Shown here piece after piece: positions 8,596 to 18,268 of a DNA stretch of 64,000 nt. The notes below the pieces were generated by a model that saw nothing but the letters and a program-made list of their open reading frames with translations, searched no databases and had not been told where the DNA came from. The stretch is from an uncultured Azospirillum sp. (GTDB lineage: Bacteria; Pseudomonadota; Alphaproteobacteria; Rickettsiales; UBA3002). Where the stretch lies: positions 239,704-303,703 of the forward strand of contig CAZGXX010000001.1 in NCBI GenBank assembly GCA_964530085.1, in the 5' to 3' direction. Each line of letters opens with the position of its first letter. Position 1 is the stretch's first letter. The translations under genes were made by a program, and so were the position numbers.

Positions 8596-9719
8596 TGCGG
8601 ATTCCGCTGACACTCTCGCGCTATATCGGCAGACAGTTCCTGGTGGCCGTGGCGGTAACGCTTGTGCTGATGCTGGTGCTGATTGGCATGATCGAGTTGC
8701 TGGAGCTGGTGCGCATCGCGGCAAAAAGCACGCGTGCAGTGCCCTTCGCGGTGGTGATGGAGATGATGCTGCTCAAGGTGCCGACTAGTGCTGAGAAGAT
8801 TTATCCGTTCACGTTTCTCATCGGCAGCATGATCGCACTTTCTCGGCTGACACGCCATAGCGAGCTGGTAGTGACGCGTGCGGCGGGTGTTTCTGTCTGG
8901 CAGTTTTTGATGCCTGGGTTCGCCGTAGCGCTCGGGCTGGGCATGCTGTTTGTTGCCGTGCTCAACCCCATCGGTGCTTACACCATTGGCAAATATGACC
9001 GCATGGAAACGAAATATATTTCTGGTATATCGAGCCTACTTTCGGTGCTGCCTTCCGGCTTGTGGCTGAGGCAGGTGGGCGAGGAAGGCATTCGCCTGCA
9101 CGGAACAGCTATTGCGGAATATATCGTGCATGCTGACCGTATCGATCAGGCGACACTCGGTTTTGAGAACGCAACTATGTTTTTATTCAATGCGCAGCAT
9201 CGTTTTGTTGGGCGCATCGATGCGCCGCGCGCGCAGCTCACGCCTGGCCAGTGGCGGATGGACAATGCAACCCTTGCGACGCCCGACGGGCGCCCGCAAA
9301 AAGTCGCCCTATATACTCTGCCGACACAACTCACGATCACACAAATTCAGGATAGCTTTGCGGCACCGGAGACGTTTTCATTCTGGCAATTGCCTGGGTT
9401 TATCGCGGTGTTGGAGAAAGCGGGCTTCTCGGCGCTACAGCACCGGCTGCATTTTCATAGCCTGATGGCACTGCCAGCGCTGCTGGCTGGCATGGTGATG
9501 ATCGCGGCCGTGTTTTCCTTACGCCAGCCCCGCCGTGGTCGCACGGGCATGATGGTGATGTTTGGTATGGTGACGGGGTTTGTGATTTATTTTATTACGC
9601 AAGTGATCTACGAGTTCGGCGCTTCGGGCGGGCTGCCGGTGGCATTGGCCGCTTGGGCGCCCTCATTGATTGTACTGATGGCAGGTTCTGCCGCACTCCT
9701 GCATCTGGAGGATGGTTAG
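8595..9719 (+). CDS. lptG: LPS export ABC permease LptG
   Basis: Paralogue of the preceding gene. ATG at 8595 overlaps the lptF stop (TGATG). Confidence 0.85.
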   Translation: MRIPLTLSRYIGRQFLVAVAVTLVLMLVLIGMIELLELVRIAAKSTRAVPFAVVMEMMLLKVPTSAEKIYPFTFLIGSMIALSRLTRHSELVVTRAAGVSVWQFLMPGFAVALGLGMLFVAVLNPIGAYTIGKYDRMETKYISGISSLLSVLPSGLWLRQVGEEGIRLHGTAIAEYIVHADRIDQATLGFENATMFLFNAQHRFVGRIDAPRAQLTPGQWRMDNATLATPDGRPQKVALYTLPTQLTITQIQDSFAAPETFSFWQLPGFIAVLEKAGFSALQHRLHFHSLMALPALLAGMVMIAAVFSLRQPRRGRTGMMVMFGMVTGFVIYFITQVIYEFGASGGLPVALAAWAPSLIVLMAGSAALLHLEDG

Positions 9720-11941
9720 TGACGCGCGGGCGCCTCTTTTTGCTAGTGATGATCTGTGCGGTGCCGCTTTCCGCCTCGGCATTTGGCCGCCTAAGCCAAG
9801 GCATTTTTTTGCAAAACAAAGCCCCGCGCCCTGCCCCGACACTCCACGCAAAGCCCGAGACAAACAGCAAAGAGCAACCTGCGGTATTTACCGCGGAGCA
9901 GCTCGATTATGATCAGAAAGAGGCGGTTGTCGTCGCGCATGGAAAGGTGGAAGTCGCGCAAGGCGACACGGTGATATTCGCTGATAAAATTACCTACTAT
10001 CAGAATCGCGATGTGGTGATTGCCGAAGGCAATGTCAGTATGCTGCAACCGTCGGGTGATGTGTTTTTCTCTGACCGCGCAGAAATGAAAAGCGCTATGA
10101 AGACCGGTATTATTGATGCATTCAAAGCGCGGATGGCGGATGATTCAGTGTTCGTGGCGAGCCGCGCAGTGAAAGAGAGCGCGGCAGTGACGAAACTTAC
10201 GGATGCGTCTTACACGCCCTGTACGATTTGTGAAACGGTGGCGCCTTTCTGGCAGCTCAACGCCAACGACGTGACAGTGGATGAAAAAGCCGAGCGCGTT
10301 GTTTATCATGATGCGACGGTGGCGTTTGGGGGGGTTCCGGTGCTGTATACGCCGTATCTCTCGCACCCGACGCCGGATGCCGAGGCGAAGAGCGGTTTCC
10401 GTCTGCCGCAATATAGTTCGAGCGAAAATCTTGGCAACCTTGTGCGTGTGCCGTATTACTGGCGTATTAGCCATGATCGCGACATGTTGATTACGCCGTG
10501 GCTCTCGAGTCAGGAAGGATTGCTGCTGCAAAGTGGCTATCGGCAATTAACGGATAATGGCTCTTACGCGGTTGACAGCACGGCAAGTTTGCCGGAGAGA
10601 CGGGATACGAACGGCAACAACATTGGCGGTCAGGAATTCCGCGGCCATGTGTTTGCGCATGGCGCGGAGCAAGTGAGCGATATCGCGCATGTTGGGTTTG
10701 ATGTGGAGCGTGCGAGCGACGACACGTTTCTTCGCCGTTATAGTCTCGATGATAAACCAACATTGTTCTCACGCCTTTATTATGAAGCGGCAGAAGGTCG
10801 CAACTATGCGCTCGCGCAGGGTCTTGCGATTCAGGGGATGCGTGCCACTGATGACAGTAAAACCACGCCCTATGTGCTGCCTGCATTGATGGGGTATTAC
10901 GAATCGCAGCCCGATGCGCGCGGACTTCGCTACCATGTGGCGGGTGATCTACAGGCGCTGGGTCGCCGCGACGGGGTCAATCAGCAACGCGTTTCGTTTA
11001 CCACGGGGGCATCGCTTCCTTATGTGAGCGATGGCGGTCATGTATTCACCGGGACGCTTGATCTGCGGCAGGATTTTTATCGCACCTCGAACATGCCTAT
11101 TGGCGGTATTCCCTCGACCGACACACAGAACCATTACCGCGCGATGCCACAAATTGCCCTTGAATGGCGCTACCCACTGATTGAACAAACGGCGCATGGA
11201 AGCTGGACAATTGAACCGCTGGCGCTCGGCGTGTTGCAAGGTGGCGGTGGTAACCCGGCGGGTATTTCGAACGAAGATAGCCATCTGCTGGAGCTCACAG
11301 ATACGAACTTGTTTAGCCGCAATCGTATGCCTGGGCTCGATGTCGTGGATAGCGGGCCGCGTCTGGCCTATGGCGGTCGTAGTCAATATTTGTTTAACGA
11401 TGGCACGTCGTTCGAGGGGTTGATTGGCCAGAGCTTTAACCCCAATGCCGATACGCCATTTCCAAACTCTACCAAACCGAATGAGGATTTTTCTGATTAT
11501 ATTGGGCGCGTGGCGTATAATATCGCGCCCTATAATTTTGCCTATCGTTTCGCGCTCGATAATAAAACACTCAAGACCAATCGCAATGAAGTCGAGTTTT
11601 CCTATAGCCGCCCATGGCTCAATTTCTCAACATCGTATCGCTCCATCGATAACAACCAATTCCTAACCAGCAGCGAAGAGGGACAAGTGCATGCGCAATT
11701 GCCCCTTACGGATCGGTGGAGCATTTTTGGTGATGCTCGGCGCAATTTTACCATTGATCAATTTGTGTCTATCGGTGGCGGCATCGGTTATAAGAACGAA
11801 TGTTTTGCGACGACGCTCGACATGCAACGCAGCTACTCGCGCGATCGTGATGTGGAGCCTGGCACCGCCTATATGTTGCATTTCGCATTAAAAAATTTGG
11901 GGGAGTTCGGTTATGGGGGATCAGTCAGTGGCGCGCAGTAA
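9719..11941 (+). CDS. lptD: LPS assembly outer-membrane protein LptD
   Basis: GTG at 9719 precedes the signal peptide VTRGRLFLLVMICAVPLSASA. Large beta-barrel protein in an lptFG-lptD-surA context. Confidence 0.85.
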   Translation: MTRGRLFLLVMICAVPLSASAFGRLSQGIFLQNKAPRPAPTLHAKPETNSKEQPAVFTAEQLDYDQKEAVVVAHGKVEVAQGDTVIFADKITYYQNRDVVIAEGNVSMLQPSGDVFFSDRAEMKSAMKTGIIDAFKARMADDSVFVASRAVKESAAVTKLTDASYTPCTICETVAPFWQLNANDVTVDEKAERVVYHDATVAFGGVPVLYTPYLSHPTPDAEAKSGFRLPQYSSSENLGNLVRVPYYWRISHDRDMLITPWLSSQEGLLLQSGYRQLTDNGSYAVDSTASLPERRDTNGNNIGGQEFRGHVFAHGAEQVSDIAHVGFDVERASDDTFLRRYSLDDKPTLFSRLYYEAAEGRNYALAQGLAIQGMRATDDSKTTPYVLPALMGYYESQPDARGLRYHVAGDLQALGRRDGVNQQRVSFTTGASLPYVSDGGHVFTGTLDLRQDFYRTSNMPIGGIPSTDTQNHYRAMPQIALEWRYPLIEQTAHGSWTIEPLALGVLQGGGGNPAGISNEDSHLLELTDTNLFSRNRMPGLDVVDSGPRLAYGGRSQYLFNDGTSFEGLIGQSFNPNADTPFPNSTKPNEDFSDYIGRVAYNIAPYNFAYRFALDNKTLKTNRNEVEFSYSRPWLNFSTSYRSIDNNQFLTSSEEGQVHAQLPLTDRWSIFGDARRNFTIDQFVSIGGGIGYKNECFATTLDMQRSYSRDRDVEPGTAYMLHFALKNLGEFGYGGSVSGAQ

Positions 11942-13193
11942 ATATGTTCACAATCTTCGGATGATACTACCAGTGCTATTTCTTGCTATCGCTCCGGCAG
12001 TACAGGCAGAAGAAATCAAAATTGTTGCCACGGTGAACGACGAGGCCATTACCACCAGCGATGTTGCCGCGCGCCGTGCGCTGATGATGGCAGGCGCAGG
12101 GGCGCCTATGACGCCTGAAAATGAAGCGCGCATTACCCCGCAGATTGTGGAGTCGCTCATCAACGAGCGGCTTCAGATTCAGGAAGCAAAGCGCCAATCT
12201 ATCAGCATCTCAGATGCGGAGATTGCAAAAGCAATCGACGTTATTGGGGCGCGACAAAATTTGCCGCCGGGAGAGCTTCCAAAGATGCTCGCAAGCAAAG
12301 GATTGTCTGTGCGCTCACTCGAAGAGCAGACTCGGGCGGAACTCGCCTGGGTCAAAGTGGTGCAGCGAAAATTGCGCCGCAACGTGACCGTGACGCAAGA
12401 TGAATTGCGGCGTGCAGCCCAGGCTGAGGCATTAGCGCCTGGCGTGGCGGAGATGCAGATCGCGGCGCTGGTGGTGCCAATCACGCCCAAGAGCAAAGAG
12501 AAAGACGTGAAGGCGCGGGTGAACAGCCTAGCGAAGGCGCTCGCGAGCGGCAAGAGCATGAACGAGGCTGCCGCGCCGTTCGCCGAGAAAAAAGAAGTGC
12601 TGTTCAGCCCGCCTATGTGGGTGGCTGAAACGAAGTTGCCACCCGCGCTTTTGAAGGAACTGAGCAGCCGTAAAGACGGAGAGATTGCAGGCCCAATGAA
12701 GCTTGGGAACTCGGTGCAGTTTCTTCAGATTCTCGGACGCCGCACGATGAAAAAGCAGAATAGCGCGACGGAGTTGACGCTTAAACAACTCACTCTGGAT
12801 TTGCCCGCGAAGCCAGATAAAGCAATGCAGGAAAAACTGACACGCAGCGTGGCGACATTGCGTGCGGATGCAGGAAGTTGTGAGGATGTAACCATTCCCG
12901 CGACACCCGTTCCGGTGAAGGTCGAGTTCACACGTAGCACGCTGGCGAAACTCGTACCATCGGTGGGTGAGGCAATGGCAAGAATTGAAGTTGGCGCGGT
13001 ATCGGAGCCGATTATCGATGGTACAACGCTCACACTGATGCTGCTGTGCGAACGGCGTGAACCGGTGGCAGCAGCGGGAGTTGACCCAGCACTTGAGCAG
13101 CAGCTTATTGGTGAGAAATTGACGCTCGAAGCCGAGAAGCATTTGCGCGATTTGCGTCGCGAGGCAACTATCGACGTGCGTGGCGCACAATGA
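11913..13193 (+). CDS. surA: Periplasmic chaperone / peptidyl-prolyl isomerase SurA
   Basis: GGGGAG lies 7 nt upstream of the ATG at 11913. Signal peptide ...ILPVLFLAIAPAVQA. SurA N-domain pattern and conserved position after lptD. Confidence 0.8.
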   Translation: MGDQSVARSKYVHNLRMILPVLFLAIAPAVQAEEIKIVATVNDEAITTSDVAARRALMMAGAGAPMTPENEARITPQIVESLINERLQIQEAKRQSISISDAEIAKAIDVIGARQNLPPGELPKMLASKGLSVRSLEEQTRAELAWVKVVQRKLRRNVTVTQDELRRAAQAEALAPGVAEMQIAALVVPITPKSKEKDVKARVNSLAKALASGKSMNEAAAPFAEKKEVLFSPPMWVAETKLPPALLKELSSRKDGEIAGPMKLGNSVQFLQILGRRTMKKQNSATELTLKQLTLDLPAKPDKAMQEKLTRSVATLRADAGSCEDVTIPATPVPVKVEFTRSTLAKLVPSVGEAMARIEVGAVSEPIIDGTTLTLMLLCERREPVAAAGVDPALEQQLIGEKLTLEAEKHLRDLRREATIDVRGAQ

Positions 13194-14032
13194 CGGCGCC
13201 CGCACTGCTTCCCCTGTCGCAGGTGATCGACCAGCATGGGCTCAGGGCGAAGAAATCGCTCGGCCAGCATTTCTTGCTTGATACGAATCTGCTCGCGAAA
13301 ATTGTGCGCGCGGCGGGGGATATTTCCGGCACGCAGGTGGTGGAAGTGGGGCCCGGCCCCGGCGGCCTGACACGCGCGATTCTTGCTGCCAATCCGCCGC
13401 AGTTGATTGCGATTGAGAAGGACGCACGCTGCCTTGCCGCGCTCGCCCCACTCAAGGAAATCTATGGCGAGAAATTCACGCTGATCGAAGCGGATGCGAT
13501 GGAAGTGGATGTCACCACGCTCTGCCCCGCGCCGCGCGCAGTGATTGCGAACCTGCCGTATAATGTGGGCACGGCGCTGATGATCGACTGGATCAAAGCC
13601 GCGGCGCGCGAGGGGCGGGGGGCGCTCACCAGCTTCACCGTGATGCTGCAGAAAGAAGTGGCCGAGCGCATGGTCGCGAGCGTGGGTGATAAGGAATATG
13701 GACGGCTGGCGGTGATTACGCAGCAATATTGCGACGCGACGATTATGTTTGAGGTGCCGGCGGGCGCGTTCAGCCCGCCGCCGAAAGTAACATCCGCCGT
13801 GCTGCATGCGCGCATCCGCGAAACCCCGCGCGAGGATATGCCGCTCGCCGCGCTCGAGAAAGTGACCGCTGCCGCGTTTGGCAATCGCCGCAAAATGCTG
13901 CGCCAGTCGCTGAAGTCGCTTGGGGTGGATGCGATTGCGCTTTGTGCCAAAGCGGGGATTGAAGAAACACTCCGCGCCGAACAATGTGATCTCGCGATGT
14001 TCGCGAGGCTTGCACGGGCGCTTAGCAGCTAG
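13190..14032 (+). CDS. rsmA: 16S rRNA (adenine1518/1519-N6)-dimethyltransferase
   Basis: KKSLGQHFL, VVEVGPGPGGLT and NLPYNVGT motifs. ATGA overlap with the surA stop. Confidence 0.92.
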   Translation: MTAPALLPLSQVIDQHGLRAKKSLGQHFLLDTNLLAKIVRAAGDISGTQVVEVGPGPGGLTRAILAANPPQLIAIEKDARCLAALAPLKEIYGEKFTLIEADAMEVDVTTLCPAPRAVIANLPYNVGTALMIDWIKAAAREGRGALTSFTVMLQKEVAERMVASVGDKEYGRLAVITQQYCDATIMFEVPAGAFSPPPKVTSAVLHARIRETPREDMPLAALEKVTAAAFGNRRKMLRQSLKSLGVDAIALCAKAGIEETLRAEQCDLAMFARLARALSS

Positions 14033-15108
14033 CGCTCGGCGCTGTTGCCATTGTAACGTTTATCCAGATCGTTGACATAGTTGGTGAGTGTTTCACCAAT
14101 GAGCTTCTGTAGATGGTTTTTCTGCTCTTTTGTATGGTGACTTCCTGCCTCAAGATATATGGGTGCTGCCGCCTCCATTTGTTTTGGGGTATTAAAATTT
14201 GTCTTCCAAGTGACGGATGTTTTTTTCTCCACCACAGCGCCTGCTTTGATTAGATCTCCTAGCAGGTAAACAAGACCTTCATGCGTGGTGTGGCTAATGA
14301 CTTTAGAAGGAATAATATAGCGCTGCGCTTCGGTGTCGTACTCAATGCCGCAGCCAATGTCTTTCATGCGCGGCTCTATTTTTTTAATACTACACCCGCG
14401 CACTTTCGGCCCATCGATCGTGCGTGTGAAACGAATCCTGGTGTTGCTACCGATATCTTCATCAATGCAAACACTCTTTGCCGAATGAATGACACTTTCT
14501 TGGCCCACGTTGCGCAAGGTGATATCGCCGTCGGTAGAAGTAAAATGCCCTTTCTCACCAACATCAAACCCCTCGATGTTTGCAGCGGTGAAGCGGCAGG
14601 AATCTCTGGCAGAATTGAAAGATAGTTCGCCAATGGCATATGCTTCAACATTGTTTTGCGCCGTTTTGAAGTCTAAGATGCTGGCGGAGTTTAGCTGTGC
14701 GTCGGCTCCGATATGCTGCAAATCCATGCCACCTTTGGTGGAGGTGACATTCGTCTTTTCGCCGACATTTCTGGCGTAGACTGTGTCGGCGGTAACAGAG
14801 GCTTTTGTGCCCATATTATGGGCATGCAATGTGCCAGCACTGCAAATTCTTGCCCTATCGCCAATATCACCTGCGAGGTTTATATCTTTATCTACCGTGA
14901 GATGCGCATCTTGACCAACAGCATGGGCATGTAATGCGCCATCGGCACGAATTGTTGCCCTGTCGCCGATCTTCCCCAATATGGTTATATTGCCATGTAC
15001 GAAGATATTCGCATCTGCAGGTAAATCTCCAGCAATAACGATATCGCCCTCATACACGACCTGTTGGCCGGTGGGGATGGCGGAGATCATTATTTCGCGC
15101 GCTGTCAT
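14029..15108 (-). CDS. Beta-helical repeat protein (bactofilin/FapA/MinC-C-like repeats) with unknown C-terminal domain
   Basis: About 230 aa of roughly 18-20-aa repeats, e.g. GDRATIRADGALHAHAVGQ, GDRARICSAGTLHAHNMGT, VYARNVGEKTNVTS. Low G+C (28/60 in line 14161). No family assignment possible by eye. Confidence 0.6.
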   Translation of the reverse strand: MTAREIMISAIPTGQQVVYEGDIVIAGDLPADANIFVHGNITILGKIGDRATIRADGALHAHAVGQDAHLTVDKDINLAGDIGDRARICSAGTLHAHNMGTKASVTADTVYARNVGEKTNVTSTKGGMDLQHIGADAQLNSASILDFKTAQNNVEAYAIGELSFNSARDSCRFTAANIEGFDVGEKGHFTSTDGDITLRNVGQESVIHSAKSVCIDEDIGSNTRIRFTRTIDGPKVRGCSIKKIEPRMKDIGCGIEYDTEAQRYIIPSKVISHTTHEGLVYLLGDLIKAGAVVEKKTSVTWKTNFNTPKQMEAAAPIYLEAGSHHTKEQKNHLQKLIGETLTNYVNDLDKRYNGNSAER

Positions 15109-15160
15109 AAAAGCCTTGTGATTTCGGCTTTTAGATTAGCAGGAAAGGGCAGCAGGAAGT

Positions 15161-15178
15161 GTGACAGTTTTGTGAAAT
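15161..15178 (-). promoter_or_regulatory. Second Pho-box-like repeat ATTTCAC-AAAA-CTGTCAC upstream of the beta-helix gene
   Basis: Minus-strand reading. Shares TCACAAAAC(C/T)GTCACA (15/16) with the site at 5295. No convincing -10 at the expected distance. Confidence 0.2.
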
Positions 15179-15195
15179 CTGCTGCGAAGAACGCG

Positions 15196-15843
15196 CTAAG
15201 CGCTTGATTTGCAGAGATTGCGGACGAACTCGCCGATATCGAGCTGGCGCCAGCGCTTGAAACGCTCCGCATGGAGGATGCGCTGGATATGCGCCATTGC
15301 GGAGTCGAGATTCTCGTTCACCACCACATAGTCGTATTCTTCCCAGTGCGAGATTTCCTCGACCGCTTTGGCCATGCGCTTTTGCACGACTTCTTCGCTG
15401 TCCTGTGCGCGGGCACGCAGACGACGCTCCAGCTCCCCCAGCGTCGGCGGCAGAATAAACACGCTGACGAGATCGGCACGGGAGTTTTGGGCGAGCTGGC
15501 GCGTGCCCTGCCAGTCGATATCGAACAATACATCATGCCCGGATTCAAGTGCTTGCATGACATGCGCGCGCGGGGTGCCGTATTTGTTTTCGAACACAGT
15601 GGCGTGCTCGAGGAACTCGCCGTTTTTTACCATCGCGTCATAGGTGGCGTTATCGACAAAATGATAGTCACGGCCATCGACCTCGCCCGGGCGCATGGGG
15701 CGCGTGGTGGCGGAAACGGACATCGACACGCCTTCTTCCTGTTCGAGCAGGCGGCGCGACAGCGTGGTTTTCCCCGCGCCGGATGGCGAGGAAAGCACGA
15801 ACATCAGTCCGCGGCGTTTGGCGATGGGAGGGTATTGCTTCAT
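15196..15843 (-). CDS. gmk: Guanylate kinase
   Basis: P-loop SSPSGAGKTT and TTRPMRPGEVDGRDYHFV motifs. Confidence 0.95.
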   Translation of the reverse strand: MKQYPPIAKRRGLMFVLSSPSGAGKTTLSRRLLEQEEGVSMSVSATTRPMRPGEVDGRDYHFVDNATYDAMVKNGEFLEHATVFENKYGTPRAHVMQALESGHDVLFDIDWQGTRQLAQNSRADLVSVFILPPTLGELERRLRARAQDSEEVVQKRMAKAVEEISHWEEYDYVVVNENLDSAMAHIQRILHAERFKRWRQLDIGEFVRNLCKSSA

Positions 15844-16310
15844 TAATGCTGATGCTTAGGCGAGTCTTTGCTTTCTTGCAAGCGCGGCGCACCGACAGTG
15901 AAATTCACCTTCTGCTCGCCCACATGGCCAAAGCGCAGGCTGACGGGCACGACATCGCCCGCCTTGAGTGGCTTCTTGAGGCCGATGAACATGAGATGCA
16001 GCCCGCCGGATTGGAAGAGGGTGGGGACCTTCGCCTTGAGTGGCACGGCATCGACCTTACGCATTTTCATCACATCGCCATCCATTTCGTGCGTGTGCAG
16101 TTCTACCGCTTTGCAGCAGGGTGAGCTGGCGCCAAGCAATACATCGTCGATGGGGCTGGTGATGCTGGGATAGGATACGGCGACCTCGCCCGGTGCTACG
16201 GGGATGGTGGCGTTGGTGACCGCAACCGGCTCGTGGCAGGCAAAGGCCAACGCTGGGAAAATGAGTGCGAGTGCGGCAATAGCCGCGAGGATGGGATGTC
16301 TAGCGAACAT
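15843..16310 (-). CDS. Periplasmic copper chaperone PCu(A)C
   Basis: Signal peptide, then the H/M-rich copper motif region ELHTHEMDGDVMKMRKV. Adjacent to an SCO1 homologue. ATG at 16310 preferred over the listed TTG at 16331. Confidence 0.8.
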   Translation of the reverse strand: MFARHPILAAIAALALIFPALAFACHEPVAVTNATIPVAPGEVAVSYPSITSPIDDVLLGASSPCCKAVELHTHEMDGDVMKMRKVDAVPLKAKVPTLFQSGGLHLMFIGLKKPLKAGDVVPVSLRFGHVGEQKVNFTVGAPRLQESKDSPKHQH

Positions 16311-16899
16311 ATTTGCGCAGTCCTTCTTCAAGCTCCCGCTCCGACACGTTATGCGGGAAATGGGTGAGATACGAGGCGTCCGGCCCCATGAGGTAGATGA
16401 AGCCGGAATGGTCCATCATGTAGCCGAGCGCGGAGTCTTTCGCCTCGACCTTACTGTAGTAGATCTTGAAATTCTCCGCCACTGCTTTGATTTGCTCAGG
16501 CGTGCCGCTAAGGCCGATCATGTCGGGGCCAAAATGGCTGGCGTAGTCGCTCGCGACTTTCGGCGTGTCGCGCTCGGGGTCAATCGAGATAAAAATCGGC
16601 TGGATGTCGCGGCTGCGCGGCTGCATATGGCTGATGACATTCTGCATGAGCAGCAGAGTGGTGGGGCAAATATCCGGGCAGTGAGTGTAGCCAAAATAGA
16701 CCAGTATATATTTGCCGCGAAAATCATGCTCGGTGACGGGCTGGTCGTTTGCACCGGTGAGGCTGAAAGCGCCGTTAATGAGGGCGGTGCCGCTACCGAT
16801 CTCGCCCGGCTTCTCAGGAAACAGGTCGCGCCCTACCCAGGCCAGCAGCACCACCGCAGCAAGCACGCAACTAATCCAGACAAAGACAATTTTTCTCAT
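16300..16899 (-). CDS. SCO1/SenC family copper-binding thioredoxin-fold protein
   Basis: YFGYTHCPDICP (CxxxC) motif. Start at ATG 16899 with GAGGG upstream. N-terminal TM anchor. Confidence 0.85.
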   Translation of the reverse strand: MRKIVFVWISCVLAAVVLLAWVGRDLFPEKPGEIGSGTALINGAFSLTGANDQPVTEHDFRGKYILVYFGYTHCPDICPTTLLLMQNVISHMQPRSRDIQPIFISIDPERDTPKVASDYASHFGPDMIGLSGTPEQIKAVAENFKIYYSKVEAKDSALGYMMDHSGFIYLMGPDASYLTHFPHNVSERELEEGLRKYVR

Positions 16900-17051
16900 G
16901 CCCTCGTCTCTAATAGGCGGCGAAGTATAAGTAAAATGAAGCTTTTGTGACAAAAAGGTTAAAGTCATTTAACGAAGCTTATTGCTGGCAGATTGCCTTG
17001 ATTTATGGTAACATAAGGCAAAATAAAATAATAAAATGAGCTAGACGTTCG

Positions 17052-17720
17052 ATGGTGTTTATCAGCAGTATTGCGCCCGCGGGGATTACCAGTGGGCCGT
17101 TGCCCAATGTGCAGCCGCAGGCGCTGCTGCAAGCTGCTGCTGCTGCAAGCGCGAGCCCGACGGCGCAGCAATTGTTGCCAAGCGCGGTAGTGGCGACGAC
17201 GCTGGTGCCACAGTATGTAACGGATACGCCGAAACCGCCCAAGCCTGTGTTGCGGCAGGGGGTGACGCCACCTTCGAGTGCCCTCGCCGCGCAGTTTATC
17301 GCCCAGACGCCCGAAGTGAGTGACGAGCATCTGGCCATTTTCTCGCCGCGCTTAAGTGCGGCGACGCAAAAGGCACCGCATGAGGAGCCTGAGTTTCTGA
17401 CGCAGTTGCGCCTCGCGCATGGGGATGTTCCGTCAGCGGAGACGAGCATCACTACTGCGCAGACGGTGGCGGCAAAGGCCGTTGTCGCTGCGCCTGCCGC
17501 GCCGGTGATAACCAATATTGCCGTGCTCAGCACCGCTGTTTCCACTGCGCCTGTGGCGAAGCAGGCCGCGCCATCGGAGCGAGGGAACGTGCTCACACCG
17601 CAAGCGGTTGGCGGCAAAAAATCAGGGCTGACACTGAGCCGTGGCGCCGCGGCCTATGCGCTCACAGAGTTACGAAATGTGGAAGGCTTTACGCCTGCGA
17701 GTGTTGAGGCGGTCGGTTAG
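17052..17720 (+). CDS. Hypothetical Ala/Pro/Gln-rich protein
   Basis: Strong G/C third-position bias in this frame. No SD seen and no recognisable family. Confidence 0.5.
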   Translation: MVFISSIAPAGITSGPLPNVQPQALLQAAAAASASPTAQQLLPSAVVATTLVPQYVTDTPKPPKPVLRQGVTPPSSALAAQFIAQTPEVSDEHLAIFSPRLSAATQKAPHEEPEFLTQLRLAHGDVPSAETSITTAQTVAAKAVVAAPAAPVITNIAVLSTAVSTAPVAKQAAPSERGNVLTPQAVGGKKSGLTLSRGAAAYALTELRNVEGFTPASVEAVG

Positions 17721-17731
17721 CGCCTCGCGCG

Positions 17732-18268
17732 CTATCTCATTTTCGGCCAAACAAACTCACCGCTGACAATCGCATGGCTATCGATTGCGGCGAGTGCGTC
17801 GCGCATCGCATAGATATAATCCGCCATGCCGACGAGATGTGCCACCGATCCTTCGGCCACCGTGCCATAAAGGTTGCGGGCGAGTGCACCGCGCAGCATG
17901 TCTTCGTCGGCAATGCTGGTGGTGTAGGCCTGTAAGCGGCCATGATAGGCCTTCGCCATGGCCTTGATGCGGTAGCGCACACCGGTGTCGGCAACGCCTA
18001 GTTCGCGCACGCTACGATCCATATCGGCAAAGAACAGCTCGCTCAACTCGCGTCCGAACTCTTCGAGCGCCGCCTCGCCGAGGAGGCGATGTTGCAGCAG
18101 GAACAAATGCAAAAGCACCATCTCGAACCGGCCATCCAGTGTATCCGGCACGCCGAGCGATTCATAGAAAAAGGGATTCCGCGCGCGCGCAACCAGTGCT
18201 ATATAGCTTGCGTGGGCTCCCGCATGGGGCTCGTGAACAAACGCGCGGCGAAGGAATGCAAGCATCAT
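17732..18268 (-). CDS. Ubiquinol-cytochrome c chaperone (Cbp3-like) family protein
   Basis: The pattern FFYESLGVPDTLDGRFEMVLLHLFLL ... FFADMDRSVRELGV matches the family. Confidence 0.7.
   Translation of the reverse strand: MMLAFLRRAFVHEPHAGAHASYIALVARARNPFFYESLGVPDTLDGRFEMVLLHLFLLQHRLLGEAALEEFGRELSELFFADMDRSVRELGVADTGVRYRIKAMAKAYHGRLQAYTTSIADEDMLRGALARNLYGTVAEGSVAHLVGMADYIYAMRDALAAIDSHAIVSGEFVWPKMR

Noticed and set aside
12725-13984. 419-aa ORF on the minus strand
   Set aside because: Antisense to surA and rsmA, both with clear family motifs. Arg-rich shadow.
15124-15137. 14-mer TCGGCTTTTAGATT shared with 24884..24897
   Set aside because: About 15 exact 14-mer coincidences are expected by chance in a 64-kb window on both strands. 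One copy is coding and the other intergenic, and the similarity does not extend further.
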